From the NCBI GenBank assembly GCA_963849655.1, contig CAWKJK010000055.1, positions 64-64,063 of the forward strand: a DNA stretch of 64,000 bases, given 5' to 3'. Under the pieces are notes generated by a model, which saw only the letters and a program-made list of their open reading frames with translations, was not told the DNA's origin and searched no databases. How positions within the stretch are numbered: position 1 is the first letter of the stretch; the number at the start of each line of letters is the position of its first letter. Positions 34,772 through 46,693 of this stretch are shown here, piece after piece. A program made the position numbers and the translations under genes. The stretch is from an uncultured Nitrospiraceae bacterium (GTDB lineage Bacteria; Nitrospirota; Nitrospiria; Nitrospirales; Nitrospiraceae).

Positions 34772-35564
34772 ATGAAAGTGGTTCTCTTTTGTGGTGGATT
34801 GGGCATGCGACTGAGAGAATATTCCGTTCAATACCCAAACCTATGGTGACAATCGGCTATCGACCGATCCTGTGGCATCTGATGAAATACTATGCGCATT
34901 TTGGCCACAAAGACTTTGTCCTGTGTTTGGGGCACAAGGGAGATGTCATTAAAAATTATTTTCTTACGTATGATGAATGCATCTCAAACGACTTCACCCT
35001 TTCAAATGGCGGCAAGACAGTGCAGTTGTGCAAAACGGATATTCATGATTGGAATATCACATTTGTCGATACGGGTTTGACCGCGAACATAGGGCAGAGA
35101 CTGAAAGCCGTGGAAAGTTATCTAAATGGGGAGGAGATATTTCTGGCAAATTATACCGACGGCCTCACCGATCTCTTTCTTCCTAATTTAATCGACCATT
35201 GCCTCAAGCAAGGCAAGATCGCCGCCTTTCTGAGTGTGAAGCCACAACATAGTTTCCATGTGGTCGAGATTAGGCCAGATGGGTATGTTAAGGACATACA
35301 AAGATCTTTCAACGTCCGGCATTTGGATTAATGGTGGGTTTTTTGTGCTACGGAAGGAAATCTTTCAGTATCTTCGAGAAGGGGAAGAGCTGGTTCAGGA
35401 ACCCTTTCACCGTCTTCTAAAAGAAGCAACAGTTGATTACTTATAAGTACGATGGATTCTGGAAAAGCATGGATACATTCAAGGATAAGCAGTGTTTTGA
35501 TGATATGCATTCAAACGGTAAGACACCATGGGAAGTGTGGAAGAGCATGCCTTGTCATATCTAG
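34772..35564 (+). CDS. rfbF: Glucose-1-phosphate cytidylyltransferase (frameshifted)
   Basis: MKVVLFCGG, PKPMVTIGYRPILWH, VDTG, INGGFFV, MDTFKD, PWEVW. Confidence 0.88.
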
Positions 35565-35627
35565 CATCTCAGCGATGAATGACCGGCTGATTCCTATGAG
35601 ATTCTTATCGAAAGGGTGAACAGGGCG

Positions 35628-36277
35628 ATGTTTCAGTTGAAGTCCGAACGCATGCGAGGGTTGAAGTTGTTGTGCCTCGGCGCGCACTCGGACGATATAG
35701 AAATTGGTAGTGGAGGCACAATCCTACTTCTGCTGGATAGGTATAAGGATTGCCATGTCACCTGGGTAGTGTTGAGTGCTGATGGAGAACGAGAGAACGA
35801 AGCGTTCTTGAGTGCAACACGGTTCTTGAACGCCGCCAAGGGGAAGACCGTCATCATTAAGCGATTCAAAGAGAGCTTTTTCCCCTATCGGGGGAGGATA
35901 TTAAATGCCTGTTTGAGCAACTTAAGAAAAAGGTAAACCCCGACCTGATTTTGACTCACTATCGACATGACCTACATCAAGATCATCGGTTCGTCTGCGA
36001 GCTGACGTGGAACACGTTCCGAAACCATCAGATCCTTGAATACGAAATACCTAAGTATGATGGCGATCTTGGCCAACCCAATGTGTACGTCCCGCTGGCA
36101 CAGAAGTGGTGTGATCAAAAAGTTAAGCACCTGATGGAGGAATTTGTCACGCAAAGAAACAAACAATGGTTTACAGCGGACACCTTCTATTCCATTCTTC
36201 GGCTGAGGGGGGTTGAAGCGAATGCAACTCAGAAATATGCCGAAGCTTTCTATGGCCGAAAGATCGTTCTCCCATAA
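35628..36277 (+). CDS. PIG-L/LmbE-family deacetylase (frameshifted)
   Basis: LCLGAHSDDIEIGSGGT, HQDH, EYEIPKYDGD, YAEAF. Confidence 0.88.
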
Positions 36278-36297
36278 ACGGCCGAAGGCTTGGAGGG

Positions 36298-36415
36298 ATG
36301 AAGGTACGAGTTGGGAATTGGGTTGATATGTACGTTCAAGAGAGAAATCCTTGCAACGCTTGAGTCCATTTTTGGCCTGCCCTATACAGGGCAGGCATTG
36401 CTTGGATGAAATACG
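36298..36415 (+). pseudogene. Decayed 5' remnant of a paralog of the 41191-42245 hypothetical gene
   Basis: Reads MKVRVGNWVD/VRSR/EILATLE with two indels, versus LRVGDLVEVRSATEILATLD at ~41233; no continuing ORF. Confidence 0.55.
36375..36396. other. Perfect GC-rich hairpin GCCTGCCCT-ATAC-AGGGCAGGC
   Basis: 9-bp perfect stem, 4-nt loop, no good U-tract on either strand. Confidence 0.6.
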
Positions 36416-36594
36416 AGAGAGCTCTACGAACTTTTCTTAATAGCAATCGACGTTCCGAACGCGCGCACGCCCAGAAATCTGACAGAATATCGACCTACAC
36501 ATTTCCAGCCCAATTGGAACCTTCACACTGCGAATCGCTGCATTGTGAGAGACTGCCTTCCTCGAAAACTGATTGTGAAATAGATCCTGATAAC

Positions 36595-37654
36595 ATGAGT
36601 ATTCTGGTAACGGCGGAGCCGGGTTTATCGGTTCCAATTTCGTTTTAGATTGGCTGGTTCATCACGATGAGTCCATCATCAACCTCGACAAACTTACGTA
36701 TGCGGGTAATCTGGAGAATCTTGTCGATTTGCAAGAGGATACGAGGCATATCTTCGTGCGAGGAGATATCGGTGACACCGAGCTCGTTGGCCGACTGCTG
36801 TTGGAACACCGCCCCCGTGCGATCATCAATTGTGCTGCTGAGAGTCATGTCGACCGCTCCATCCACGGCCCAGGAGAATTCATCCAGACCAACATCGTCG
36901 GTACCTTTCATCTGCTGGAATCCGTGCGCGGTTACTGGATGGGGTTGGACAGCAATCTTAGACGATTTCGATTTCTGCACGTATCGACCGATGAAGTTTA
37001 CGGTGCGTTAGGAAAAGACGATCCCGCCTTCAATGAAATGAATCGCTACGAACCCAATAGCCCTTATTCGGCGAGCAAAGCTGCCAGTGACCACTTAGTG
37101 CGTGCGTACCATCACACGTATGGCCTGCCTGGACTCACAACCAACTGTTCCAATAATTATGGCCCTTATCAATTTCCGGAAAAGCTCATCCCGCTGGTCA
37201 TTCACAACGCGTTGGTCGGAAAGCCGTTGCCTATCTATGGCGACGGTCAGCAAATCCGTGACTGGCTCTATGTCAGGGACCACTGCAGTGCCATACGCTT
37301 TGTGCTTGAAGGGGGGTGTGTGGGGGAAACCTATAACATCGGTGGTCAAAGCGAAAAAGCCAACTTGGACGTTCCGCAGACCCTCTGCGACATCTTAGAC
37401 GAACTACAGCCTCGGGTCGATGGCCGGTCTTACAAATCACAGATTACTTTTGTGAAGGACCGCCCCGGTCATGATCGCCGTTATGCCGTCAATGTCGGCA
37501 AGATCGAACGCAAGCTAGGCCTGGAGGTTGTACAGAGACATTTGAAACGGGTCTTCGCAAGACGATTGCCTGGTATCTGGATAACCAGAGCTGGGTTGCC
37601 AACATCATCAGCGGCACGTATCGCGACTGGTACGCCAGACAATACAGCATGTGA
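36595..37654 (+). CDS. rfbB: dTDP-glucose 4,6-dehydratase (frameshifted)
   Basis: MSILVTG.AGFIGSNF, AAESHVDRSI, HVSTDEVYG, PYSASK, NCSNNYGPYQFPEKLIP, DRPGHDRRY. Confidence 0.95.
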
Positions 37655-37659
37655 GCGCG

Positions 37660-38557
37660 ATGAGGATACTGTTAACCGGCAAGCACGGTCAGGTCGGCTT
37701 TGAACTACAACGCGCATTGGCTCCTTTGGGGAGAGATCTTCGCCGTGGATTACGCTGAGTGTGATTTGGCCGATGCCTCCGCGATCTCTGTCTTGGTACG
37801 GTCCGTCAAACCGGACCTGATTATCAATCCCGCCGCCTATACCACAGTGGACAAAGCAGAGTCAGAGCCCGAGCTGGCTCACGCCATCAATGCTGTCGCC
37901 CCTGGAGTCCTGGGGGAAGAAGCGGCGAAACTGGGCGCATGGGTGGTGCATTATTCCACTGACTATGTGTTTGATGGAACCAAGCCGGGCTTCTATGCAG
38001 AGGATGACCTCACGAACCCACGAAGTATCTATGGGCGCACCAAAAGGGATGGCGAAATTGCGCTAGAAGCAACCGGCGCGCGGCATCTGATCTTTCGCAC
38101 GAGCTGGGTGGTCGGAGCCCATGGGAGAAACTTTGCCAAAACGATCCTGCGATTGGCGGCTGAACGAGAGAATTTGAACGTAGTGGCGGATCAATATGGG
38201 GTGCCGACATCTGCCGCCTTACTCGCTGATGTGACGGCACAGCTTGTTCGACAGAGACAGCGCGAGGGAGATACAAACTTTCCCTTCGGCTTGTATCATC
38301 TTGTGCCAAGGGGGGAGACAAACTGGTGTGAGTATGCGCGGTTTGTCATTTCGGAAGCCCTTGCTGCTGGCAAATCGCTCAAACTCTCACCGGATTCCAT
38401 CCGTGCAATTACCTCCTCTGAATATCCCCTTCCGGCAAAGCGTCCAGCTAATTCACGACTGGATACTCGCAAGCTTCGCAGTCTCTTTGGCCTGGAACTA
38501 CCTGATTGGCAAATTGGAATCCGGCACATCCTCCAACAAATTCCGGCGGAATCATGA
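37660..38557 (+). CDS. rfbD: dTDP-4-dehydrorhamnose reductase (frameshift near the 5' end)
   Basis: [50 protein letters not shown]. Confidence 0.95.
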
Positions 38558-39438
38558 GTGTACGCAAAGGCATCATCCTGGCCGGCGGGTCCGGGAGCCG
38601 ACTGTACCCGGCCACACTGGCCGTGAGCAAACAGTTGCTGCCGGTCTTCGACAAGCCGATGATCTATTATCCGCTCAGTGTTCTCATGTTGGCGGGGATT
38701 CGTGACATCCTTATCATCTCCACGCCCCAAGACACCCCCCGATTCGAGCAGCTGCTGGGGAGCGGCAACCAGTGGGGCCTGAATCTGCACTATGCTGTCC
38801 AGTCCTCGCCCGATGGGTTAGCACAAGCCTTTATCATCGGTGAGTCCTTCATCGGAGATGATCTCTCTGCTTTGGTATTGGGTGATAACGTCTTTTACGG
38901 CCATGACTTTCCCAATCTGCTTGGAAACGCTATGATGCGCACGAAAGGTGCGACGGTTTTCGCCTACCATGTTCAGGACCCGGAGCGGTACGGTGTGGTT
39001 GAGCTTGATGCACTGGCTAAAGTGCGTTCGCTGGAAGAAAAGCCCACACACCCGAAATCCAGTTATGCCGTAACCGGTCTCTATTTTTACGATCATCAGG
39101 TGATTGATTTGACCAAAAGCCTGACGCCTTCCTTCCGCGGCGAGTTGGAGATCACCGACCTCAACCGCTTGTATCTGGAACGCGGCCAGCTGAATGTCGA
39201 AGTCATGGGTCGAGGCTATGCTTGGCTGGACACCGGCACGCATGAATCGTTGCTTGATGCCAGCCAGTTCATCGCCACACTAGAAAACCGGCAAGGTTTA
39301 AAGGTGGCATGTCCAGAGGAAATTGCCTATAGACAGCATTGGATCGATGCCGCCCAATTGGAGGAACTCGCTTGTCCCTTGCTCAAAAACGGCTACGGGC
39401 AATATTTACTGCAGGTGCTTAAGGAAAAACGACTCTGA
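38554..39438 (+). CDS. rfbA: Glucose-1-phosphate thymidylyltransferase
   Basis: [54 protein letters not shown]. Confidence 0.97.
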   Translation: MSVRKGIILAGGSGSRLYPATLAVSKQLLPVFDKPMIYYPLSVLMLAGIRDILIISTPQDTPRFEQLLGSGNQWGLNLHYAVQSSPDGLAQAFIIGESFIGDDLSALVLGDNVFYGHDFPNLLGNAMMRTKGATVFAYHVQDPERYGVVELDALAKVRSLEEKPTHPKSSYAVTGLYFYDHQVIDLTKSLTPSFRGELEITDLNRLYLERGQLNVEVMGRGYAWLDTGTHESLLDASQFIATLENRQGLKVACPEEIAYRQHWIDAAQLEELACPLLKNGYGQYLLQVLKEKRL

Positions 39439-39600
39439 TGAAAACAACCAGAGGAAACTCTTTCGGCGTGTGAGTGCTCGAACCAGGAGTATGTGACGAC
39501 GACCATTGATTTGTCACAGAAATTCATCAAACCACAATTTGCAAGACCATTGTGAAAAACCTATGTGCAAGAAGTGCCATGCATGGCCTCCTTCCTTTGT
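39438..39600 (+). pseudogene. rfbC: Decayed rfbC remnant
   Basis: TGATG coupling to the rfbA stop; reads MKTTR...*VLEPGVCDDDH*F...RSAMHGL, resembling RfbC MK.T...VLEPKVFGDDRGFF...GVLRGLH; in-frame stops; canonical rfbBDAC position. Confidence 0.55.
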
Positions 39601-39645
39601 GGGACCATTTGACCAGGCTAGCCTAGCGTCTCAGTAAGCACGCTA

Positions 39646-41118
39646 ATGAGAGAACTAAAGGGTCTGGCGCTTCGAGGAGGCCTGGCGAAGTTCGGCGCTA
39701 AGGCATCTGAATTCATTTTGCGAATGGGCTCGCTGATGGTTCTCGCCCGCCTACTCGAGCCAACGGACTTCGGACTAGTTGGGATGGTAACCGCTATTAC
39801 CGGTATATTGAGTCTGTTCAAGGAGTTTGGTCTCTCACTCGCTACGGTTCAACGTGCAACGATCACCCACGAAGAAATCTCGACATTGTTCTGGATCAAC
39901 ATCGTGGTGGGCGCAATCCTGGCGTCAGTGTCCGTTGGTGTTGCTCCATTTGTGGCAGGCTTCTATCACGAACCTCGCCTGTCTCTGATATTGATTGTAT
40001 TGGGAATCGGGTTCATCTTTAATGCGGCGGGTGTGCAACATTCGGCCCTCCTTCAACGCCAAATGCGATTCATAGACCTTGCCGTTATCGAAGTTCTCTC
40101 CCTATTGATAAGCAGCGTCATCAGCGTTGTTCTGGCAATTCGAGGGTATGGGTATTGGGCGCTGGTGGCGTGGTCCGTCACTCTTCCGTTGGCCTCAACT
40201 CTTCTCACGATACTCCGGTCCGGGTGGATGCCGGGAAGACCACATCTTAATGCCGGGATGCAGTCAATGATGCGTTTTGGCGGCATCGTCACAGTGAACA
40301 GCTTAGTGGTCTATATTGCGTACAATCTTGACAAGATCTTGCTGGGAAGATTTTGGGGCGCGGAGGTCGTTGGGGTATATGGGAGGGCTTATCAGTTAGC
40401 CACGCTCTCGATCGACTACATCAATGGAGCCACAGGTAGCGTTGCAATTCCGGTATTGTCCCGTCTCCAAGATGACCCTGAAAGACTTCGAAGTTATTTC
40501 CTGAAAGGGTATTCACTCGTTCTGGCTTTGACGATCCCGGCAACAGCAGCATGTGCGCTCTTTTCTAACGAACTGATTCTTGTGATGTTTGGGCCAAAGT
40601 GGAACGACGCCGTCCCGATTTTGAGCCTACTCGCACCTACTATACTCGCCTTTGCGCTGATCAATCCGCCGGGCTGGTTGCTCGTGGGGTTAGGAATGGT
40701 GGGTCGAAGTTTGAAGATCGCTCTTGTGATTGCACCGCTCGTAATAATCGGCTGTGTGATCGGACTACCTTACGGAGCAAAAGGAGTTGCGTTCGGATTT
40801 TCAGCCGCCTTGACGTTGTGGGTAGTTCCGCACCTCATGTGGTGTTTTCATGGCACTGTGGTTTCATTCCAAGATGTGTTGATCGTGGCTGCTCGACCGA
40901 TAATCTCAGGAATCGTTGGAGCATCGTGCGCGTTCGGAGCGGTATCCTTTGTGCGTCCACACGTCTCGGCGTTTGAAACACTGATGGTCGGAGGATCGGT
41001 ACTTGCCACTGTGTATGTGTGGATGTTGCTGTTTGTTATGGGACAAAAGGCATTCTACCTTGATCTTCTTCGCAGTTTCAAAAGTATACCTGCGGAAAAA
41101 GTCGTAGCCCTATCCTAG
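39646..41118 (+). CDS. wzx: Wzx/PST-family flippase
   Basis: LARLLEPTDFGLVGM, HSALLQRQMRF, NLDKILLGRFWG..VGVYGRAYQL; about 12+ hydrophobic segments. Confidence 0.92.
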   Translation: MRELKGLALRGGLAKFGAKASEFILRMGSLMVLARLLEPTDFGLVGMVTAITGILSLFKEFGLSLATVQRATITHEEISTLFWINIVVGAILASVSVGVAPFVAGFYHEPRLSLILIVLGIGFIFNAAGVQHSALLQRQMRFIDLAVIEVLSLLISSVISVVLAIRGYGYWALVAWSVTLPLASTLLTILRSGWMPGRPHLNAGMQSMMRFGGIVTVNSLVVYIAYNLDKILLGRFWGAEVVGVYGRAYQLATLSIDYINGATGSVAIPVLSRLQDDPERLRSYFLKGYSLVLALTIPATAACALFSNELILVMFGPKWNDAVPILSLLAPTILAFALINPPGWLLVGLGMVGRSLKIALVIAPLVIIGCVIGLPYGAKGVAFGFSAALTLWVVPHLMWCFHGTVVSFQDVLIVAARPIISGIVGASCAFGAVSFVRPHVSAFETLMVGGSVLATVYVWMLLFVMGQKAFYLDLLRSFKSIPAEKVVALS

Positions 41119-41190
41119 CAGTTCACGCAGCCCAAAACCTAAGTTCCATAATGGCTGGTGGCGTCTGTTATTGTTGAGAGGAGACGAAAA

Positions 41191-42245
41191 TTGACTCAAC
41201 CTAGGAACGGTAGAACGCGTGAAACACCTACACTTCGTGTGGGAGATCTCGTGGAGGTTCGAAGCGCAACCGAGATCCTTGCCACGCTGGATGCGTAAGG
41301 GGGAACTGAACAATCTACCGTTCATGCCGGAAATGCTGCAGTTCTGCGGAAAGCGGCTGACCGTTCACAAGGTGGCGCATAAACTTTGCGACACAATCAG
41401 TGCGAGCGGTCTTCGTTGGATGAACAATGCCGTGCATCTGACCGGGGCGCGCTGTAGCGGTCAGGCTCATGGCGGATGTCAGACGGCATGCTTGCTGTAT
41501 TGGAAGGAATCCTGGCTCATGCGGGTGGATGACCTGCCCACCATCAGTGGTGAGCCGACAAGACTGCCGGTGAATGGTGATAGATCGTCTATTTTGGAAA
41601 AAGCTACCAGAAAGGCGCCTGGACCGGACGGGGAGGAGCGCTTCTCTTGCCAGGCAACCGAGTTGCTTCGTGCTGCCCCCTCCCGTATTCGATTCTGGGA
41701 TCTTCGCCAGTACGTCACTGATCTGCGGACCGGTAATGTGGGCATGGGCGAGCTGTTGCGGACCTTCTTGTTTCATTTCTTCAACGTCTACCAGGATCGC
41801 AGCAAGCGCATACTACCTCGGTGTCTCACAATCAGGGAGGGTCTGTCATGGGGCTTTGTCAAAGGATATGTCGTCGGTAGTACAACGGCTGCCAGGTTAG
41901 ATCTGCAGCCTGGTGAATTGGTTCGCATAAAGGCAAAAGAGGAAATTATGCGCACGCTTGACTCGAAGCGGCTCAACCGTGGGATGGGCTTCGAAGAGGA
42001 GATGGCACGTGCGTGTGGCCGAACAGCCCGAGTGACTCGCCGTGTCGAACGCTGTATCGACGAGAAAACGGAGAATGTTGTCGATGAAAAACCCCTGCAT
42101 TGCGTTAGAGGGCGTCGTGTGTGATGGCGTATACCACGCCAACTGTCCCCGGGAGTTTATCCCGTTTTGGCGGGAAATTTGGCTGGAGCGTGTTGATCAA
42201 TCTCCGGAGCAGACAGCCACAAACCCGTGTAAAACTGAGCATTAG
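41191..42245 (+). CDS. Hypothetical protein with two tandem Cys/His-rich repeats (two frameshifts)
   Basis: Repeat 1: LRVGDLVEVRS..EILATLD...FMPEM..FCG...CDT...CSGQAHGGCQTAC..YWKESWL. Repeat 2: LQPGELVRIK..EEIMRTLD...FEEEM..ACG...CDGVYHANCPR...FWREIWL. Confidence 0.75.
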
Positions 42246-42334
42246 GCTTCCGGATAGATGTGACCAAGCCCAAGGTTGTATGGGCTCGTCCTCCACGGAT
42301 ACTGTTCGATATCACTCTATCCTCGGTGGGACAG

Positions 42335-43233
42335 ATGACAGGCGAAACGGTGAGAGGTTTGTACGATGCGCTGGTAACACAGGTCTTCCCGTTCGCAATG
42401 GGGTGAAGACGCTGGAGACTGCGATCAGGTCTGTGTTAGCACAGGACCATGAACGACTGGAACTCGTGATCTCCGACAACGCGTCAACGGACGACACCGA
42501 GACACTCTGTCGAGATCTGGCGGCAACCGACAGCCGAATTGTCTATCACCGGCAAGAACGTGATATTGGGATCGTACGGAACATGGCCCGGACGATACAT
42601 CTCGCCAAGGGGACTTCTTTCGATGGATCGGCGACGATGACTGGTTGGCGCCATGCTGACGTATCAAGCTGCCTGGAGGTTTTCAGCAACGATAGTCGTC
42701 TCATCCTCGTCACCACGCAGATCAACTCCATCATGCCGGATGGTACCATCCACACTCGTCCCTATGACGGGACGGCTTTTTGTTCAGATGATCCCATTGA
42801 TCGGTTCTATGCGATCACCGCATACTTGGTTGATGGAATGCCTGTCGACCCTCTCTATGGGCTCATGCGTCGCGAGAAGGTAGTCGCCATAGGAAGCGCA
42901 AGACGGGAGATGATCTGTGAGGACGTTGTATTCGCCACACAGCTGGCTCTGACTGGACCATGGGGTCATGTACCAAAGCTGCTTGCGCACCGCCACCGCA
43001 GGGGCGGACGTCCCTCTGTGCTGGCCCGTCGTCTTGGTGTGCCTGTGTGGCAGGCGTATATGCCTTTCTATTTGCAGTGCCGTGAGACGCTGCATTGCAT
43101 ACAAAACGGAGAATTTACTCCCTTGCAGCGACGAAGAGCTCGTGTCGCTGTGGCCAGAATGTACATGCGTTTGCATTATGACAAGCTTACCCATCGCCTA
43201 GGTAAGTTGGCACAAATGTTTGCTCCGGCGTAG
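42335..43233 (+). CDS. GT2-family glycosyltransferase (frameshifted)
   Basis: GLPVRNG, SVLAQD, ELVISDNASTDDT, YGLMRR. Confidence 0.85.
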
Positions 43234-43259
43234 GGGTGTCATATCGGAATTGCTCAATA

Positions 43260-44355
43260 ATGCGCCGCGAGAGACCAAATAAGACGATTTGGATCGACTT
43301 GGATAATTCTCCGCACGTGCCGTTCTTTATTCCTATTATTGGGGAACTGGAGAAGAGAGGGCACTCGGTCATTCTTACGGCTCGTGACACTTTTCAGGTG
43401 GTCGGTCTTGCGGACTACTACAAGTTAAGTTATGCAAGGGTGGGAAGACATTATGGAGCCAATAAGCTGCTTAAGATTCATTGGTACGATTTGGCGAAGT
43501 GTTCAACTAGCAGGTGTGGTCCTCAACACAAGCCTGACTGTCGTTCTCTCACGGCTCTCGATCTCTTGTGTTGTTATCTTCTAGTGCTTGGCATCCCGAC
43601 TATACTCATGTTTGATTATGAGCACGCAACAATGATTCCAATTCATCAAGCCTGAATTGGGTATCGCGCCTGAAGTCATAAGATGTCCTCGCATTGCCGA
43701 CCATTTCAAGCGCGGTCTGCGTATGTACTCCGGACTCAAGGAAGATGTCTATGTACGCTCATTTACGCCGGACTCTTCAATTGTTCAGCAGTTGAATCTT
43801 GAGGAACACGATATTGTGGCCACTATTCGTCCGCCTGCCAGTGAGGCGCACTATCATAATCCCGATAGTGATAAGCTTTTCTGCCGGGGTTATAGAAGTT
43901 CTGGGACTAGTTCAGGAGTTCGAATGATTATTTTACCGCGGAATGAAAAGACTCAGAAAGATTTCATCTATAAGGCTTGGCCCATGTGGTGTAAGGAAGG
44001 AAGAGAATAATTATTCCTGATCGAGGTTGTAGACGGCCTTAATTTAATATGGCATTCAGACTTGGTGATTAGCGGCGGTGGTACTATGAACAGGGAAGCG
44101 GCTGCATTGGGGTTCCCTGTATACAGTATTTTTCGAGGTGCTCTTGGAGCGGTCGACAACTATTTGGCCGAACGCGGCCGTCTGATAATGATCGAAAGCC
44201 AGGAGGATGTGGCGTCGAAGGTTCGTATTGGTCAAGAGGCGTAAAGGAACGGAGGAGAAGGTATAGTTGACGGCTTGGCTTTGAAGCAAATCATGACTGC
44301 CATAGAAGAAGTCCTCAACCATCTATCCCATTCCATAAGCAAATCTCGATCTTGA
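43260..44355 (+). CDS. DUF354 / COG1817 putative glycosyltransferase (frameshifted)
   Basis: IWIDLDNSPHVPFF, LTARD, VGRHYG, DYEH, GLKEDVY, ISGGGTMNREAAALG.P.YSIFRG. Confidence 0.85.
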
Positions 44356-44547
44356 ATAATATCCCCGCCGGATGAGGCTGCTCGTCCTCCCACGGTTGGA
44401 ATCGAGCGCACGCTGTCCGTTCACTTCTTGCCGTATCCTTCCAGTCTGTACGATTCGGCAGTGCTGGAAGGAGAGTTCGTGGTCAAGGACCGAAGTTCTA
44501 GACTCTAGGGTCACTTGGAAAAAAGTTCCGGACGAATACATCATTCA

Positions 44548-45669
44548 ATGCTTCGAATCATCTTCACTCTCGACTATGAAATACACGGGAATGGTGAGGG
44601 CTATCCTCAGGACTTGATGATCGAACCCACCGACAGGCTGCTTCGGCAATGCGAGAGGCATGGAGCAAAGCTTACGATAATGGCGGACGTGGCTGAAATA
44701 TTGAAATTCAAGGAGTACAAGGAGAAGACCGGACGAGACGACTATGCGTATGACCGTATTGTGGACCAACTACAGAGAGCGGTCAAAACAGGTCACGATG
44801 TGCAGTTGCATATCCACTCGTCGTATTTTAATGCGAGGCATGAAAACGGCTGTTGGGTTCAGGATTGGTCGGAATATGACTTCGCCGGGTTACCGTATGA
44901 GCGCATGACGTGGATGATTGGAACATGCAAACAGTTTCTCGAATCGCTACTTTGGCCGGTAGATTCTACTTACCGCTGTGTTGCGTTTCGTGCAGCAAAT
45001 TGGTCAATCAGCCCATCTCAGAATGTGTTCCGTGCTCTCACTGAGCATGGCATCAGCATTGATACCTCTATCTTCAAGTACGGACGTTGAAAGGGCATCG
45101 TCAATTTCGACTATTCCGAGGCGTACAGCCCGATCGTTCCTTGGCGAGTAGCAGAAGGCGATATGTGTGGTCGAGATGATACCGGCGCCATCTGGGAACT
45201 CCCCATTTATAGCGAGAGACGTTGGATCGGCGCGTTTCTGACCCCCAACCGCCTTTTCCGCGCCCTCATGAGTTTGCGTCACAGAATAGACCGGCAGGGA
45301 CGGAGCAGTCGGCGAGCAGCACCTTACAGCGCCGCCCAGCGGGGGAGACGGTTGTTGGCCAACATTGGCCGAGCTTCAGGGGGAGGGGAGGCCGACGACC
45401 CCTGACAGAGGCACGCTTGGAAGGCGCTGATTAATCAGTGTGGAGGCAAGCAATTGATCAAGGCCCTGCACAGGGCAGCAGATTGGCACGATCCTAGTAG
45501 GAACAAGATCTTGCCGTTCATTCTCATCGGACATCCAAAGCTATTCACAAAACGAAATGAACGGAGTCTCGCGAGGTTTCTTGAGCATTGTGCACAAAAT
45601 GCTCACCAGTTTGGCTTCGACACGTTAAGCGGGATAGAGAGATTTAGGGAACAGTGGCAAACACTGTGA
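44548..45669 (+). CDS. Polysaccharide deacetylase-like protein (frameshifted)
   Basis: IFTLDYEIHGNG, GHDVQLHIH, AFRAANW, IDTS, WELPI, LIGHPK. Confidence 0.75.
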
Positions 45670-45746
45670 GTGCTGCTTAGAGACATCCATTTCCCGCCTA
45701 CGCATCGCGTTCGTTTCTCACTCAATAATTGTTGAGCGGAGCTGTC

Positions 45747-46631
45747 GTGGAATTCAAAGCAGCCAGTTGCACCCTACGTTATTATTACGCCCGCACACAA
45801 TGAAGAGTCGCTGATTAAGAATACGATCCACTCAGTGATCACTCAAACGGTTAGGCCTCTCGCGTGGGTTGTCGTGAACGATGATTCTGTGGATGACACC
45901 GGTAAAATCGTTGAGCGATATGCAGTGGACTACAGTTTTATCCGATTGATCAATTTGAGACGATCAGGTGGCAGGCATTTCGGTCATAAGGCGTCCGCTT
46001 TTAATCAAGGTCTCACTGAAGTTCAAGACCTTAACTATCAATACATTGGGAACCTAGATGCCGATATCTCCGTGGAGAAGGATTACTTTGAAAGGATCCT
46101 TCACGAGTTCGTGCACGATAGTAGTCTCGGCGTTGCCGGAGGAATCATCTCATCCCGCATAGGGGATAGGTTTGTCAGTCAAGACGTGGCCCTCGATAGT
46201 GTGGCCGGGGCCGTCCAGTTGTTCAGACGGAATTGCTTCGAGGAAATTGGAGGGTATCCGGGCATTGCCTCAAGGAGGGATTGACGCCGCGGACAAATTA
46301 TTGCCCGGATGAAAGGGTGGAAAGTGCGAACCTTTCCGAAGTGTGGTGTGCTGGAGCACCGCCGGGACCGGCTCGTCGAAAGCGGGTCCCTTGGGAGCTT
46401 GAGTAAGGGAAGGACGGCGGCTTTACTCGCTTGGGTACGGGTTGTTTTTTTTGTCTGCGCTGCATCTACCGGTCGATGGAGCAACCAAGGATTGTCGGGA
46501 GTGGCGCGGCGCTTTTTGGTTATCTTCAAGGATGGCTTAGACGAGATCCGATTGTTCTGCCACCGGAAGTCGTCAACTATCTGAGAGCTGAGCAGCGTGA
46601 AAAGCTCTTGAGAAGCCTCGCCTTCCGTTAA
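45747..46631 (+). CDS. GT2-family glycosyltransferase (frameshifted)
   Basis: YVIITPAHNEE, WVVVNDDSVDDT, GNLDADIS, VAGAVQLFRRNCFEEIGGY. Confidence 0.88.
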
Positions 46632-46693
46632 CAGGATATCCCTGACGCCCACGGCTACGTACACTTTGAAGGATGGTCGAATAGGTCATCTTT

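Noticed and set aside
46445-46452. T8 tract near a frameshift in a GT2 gene as phase variation
   Set aside because: The tract is short and the same gene has other non-homopolymer indels; indistinguishable from sequencing error.
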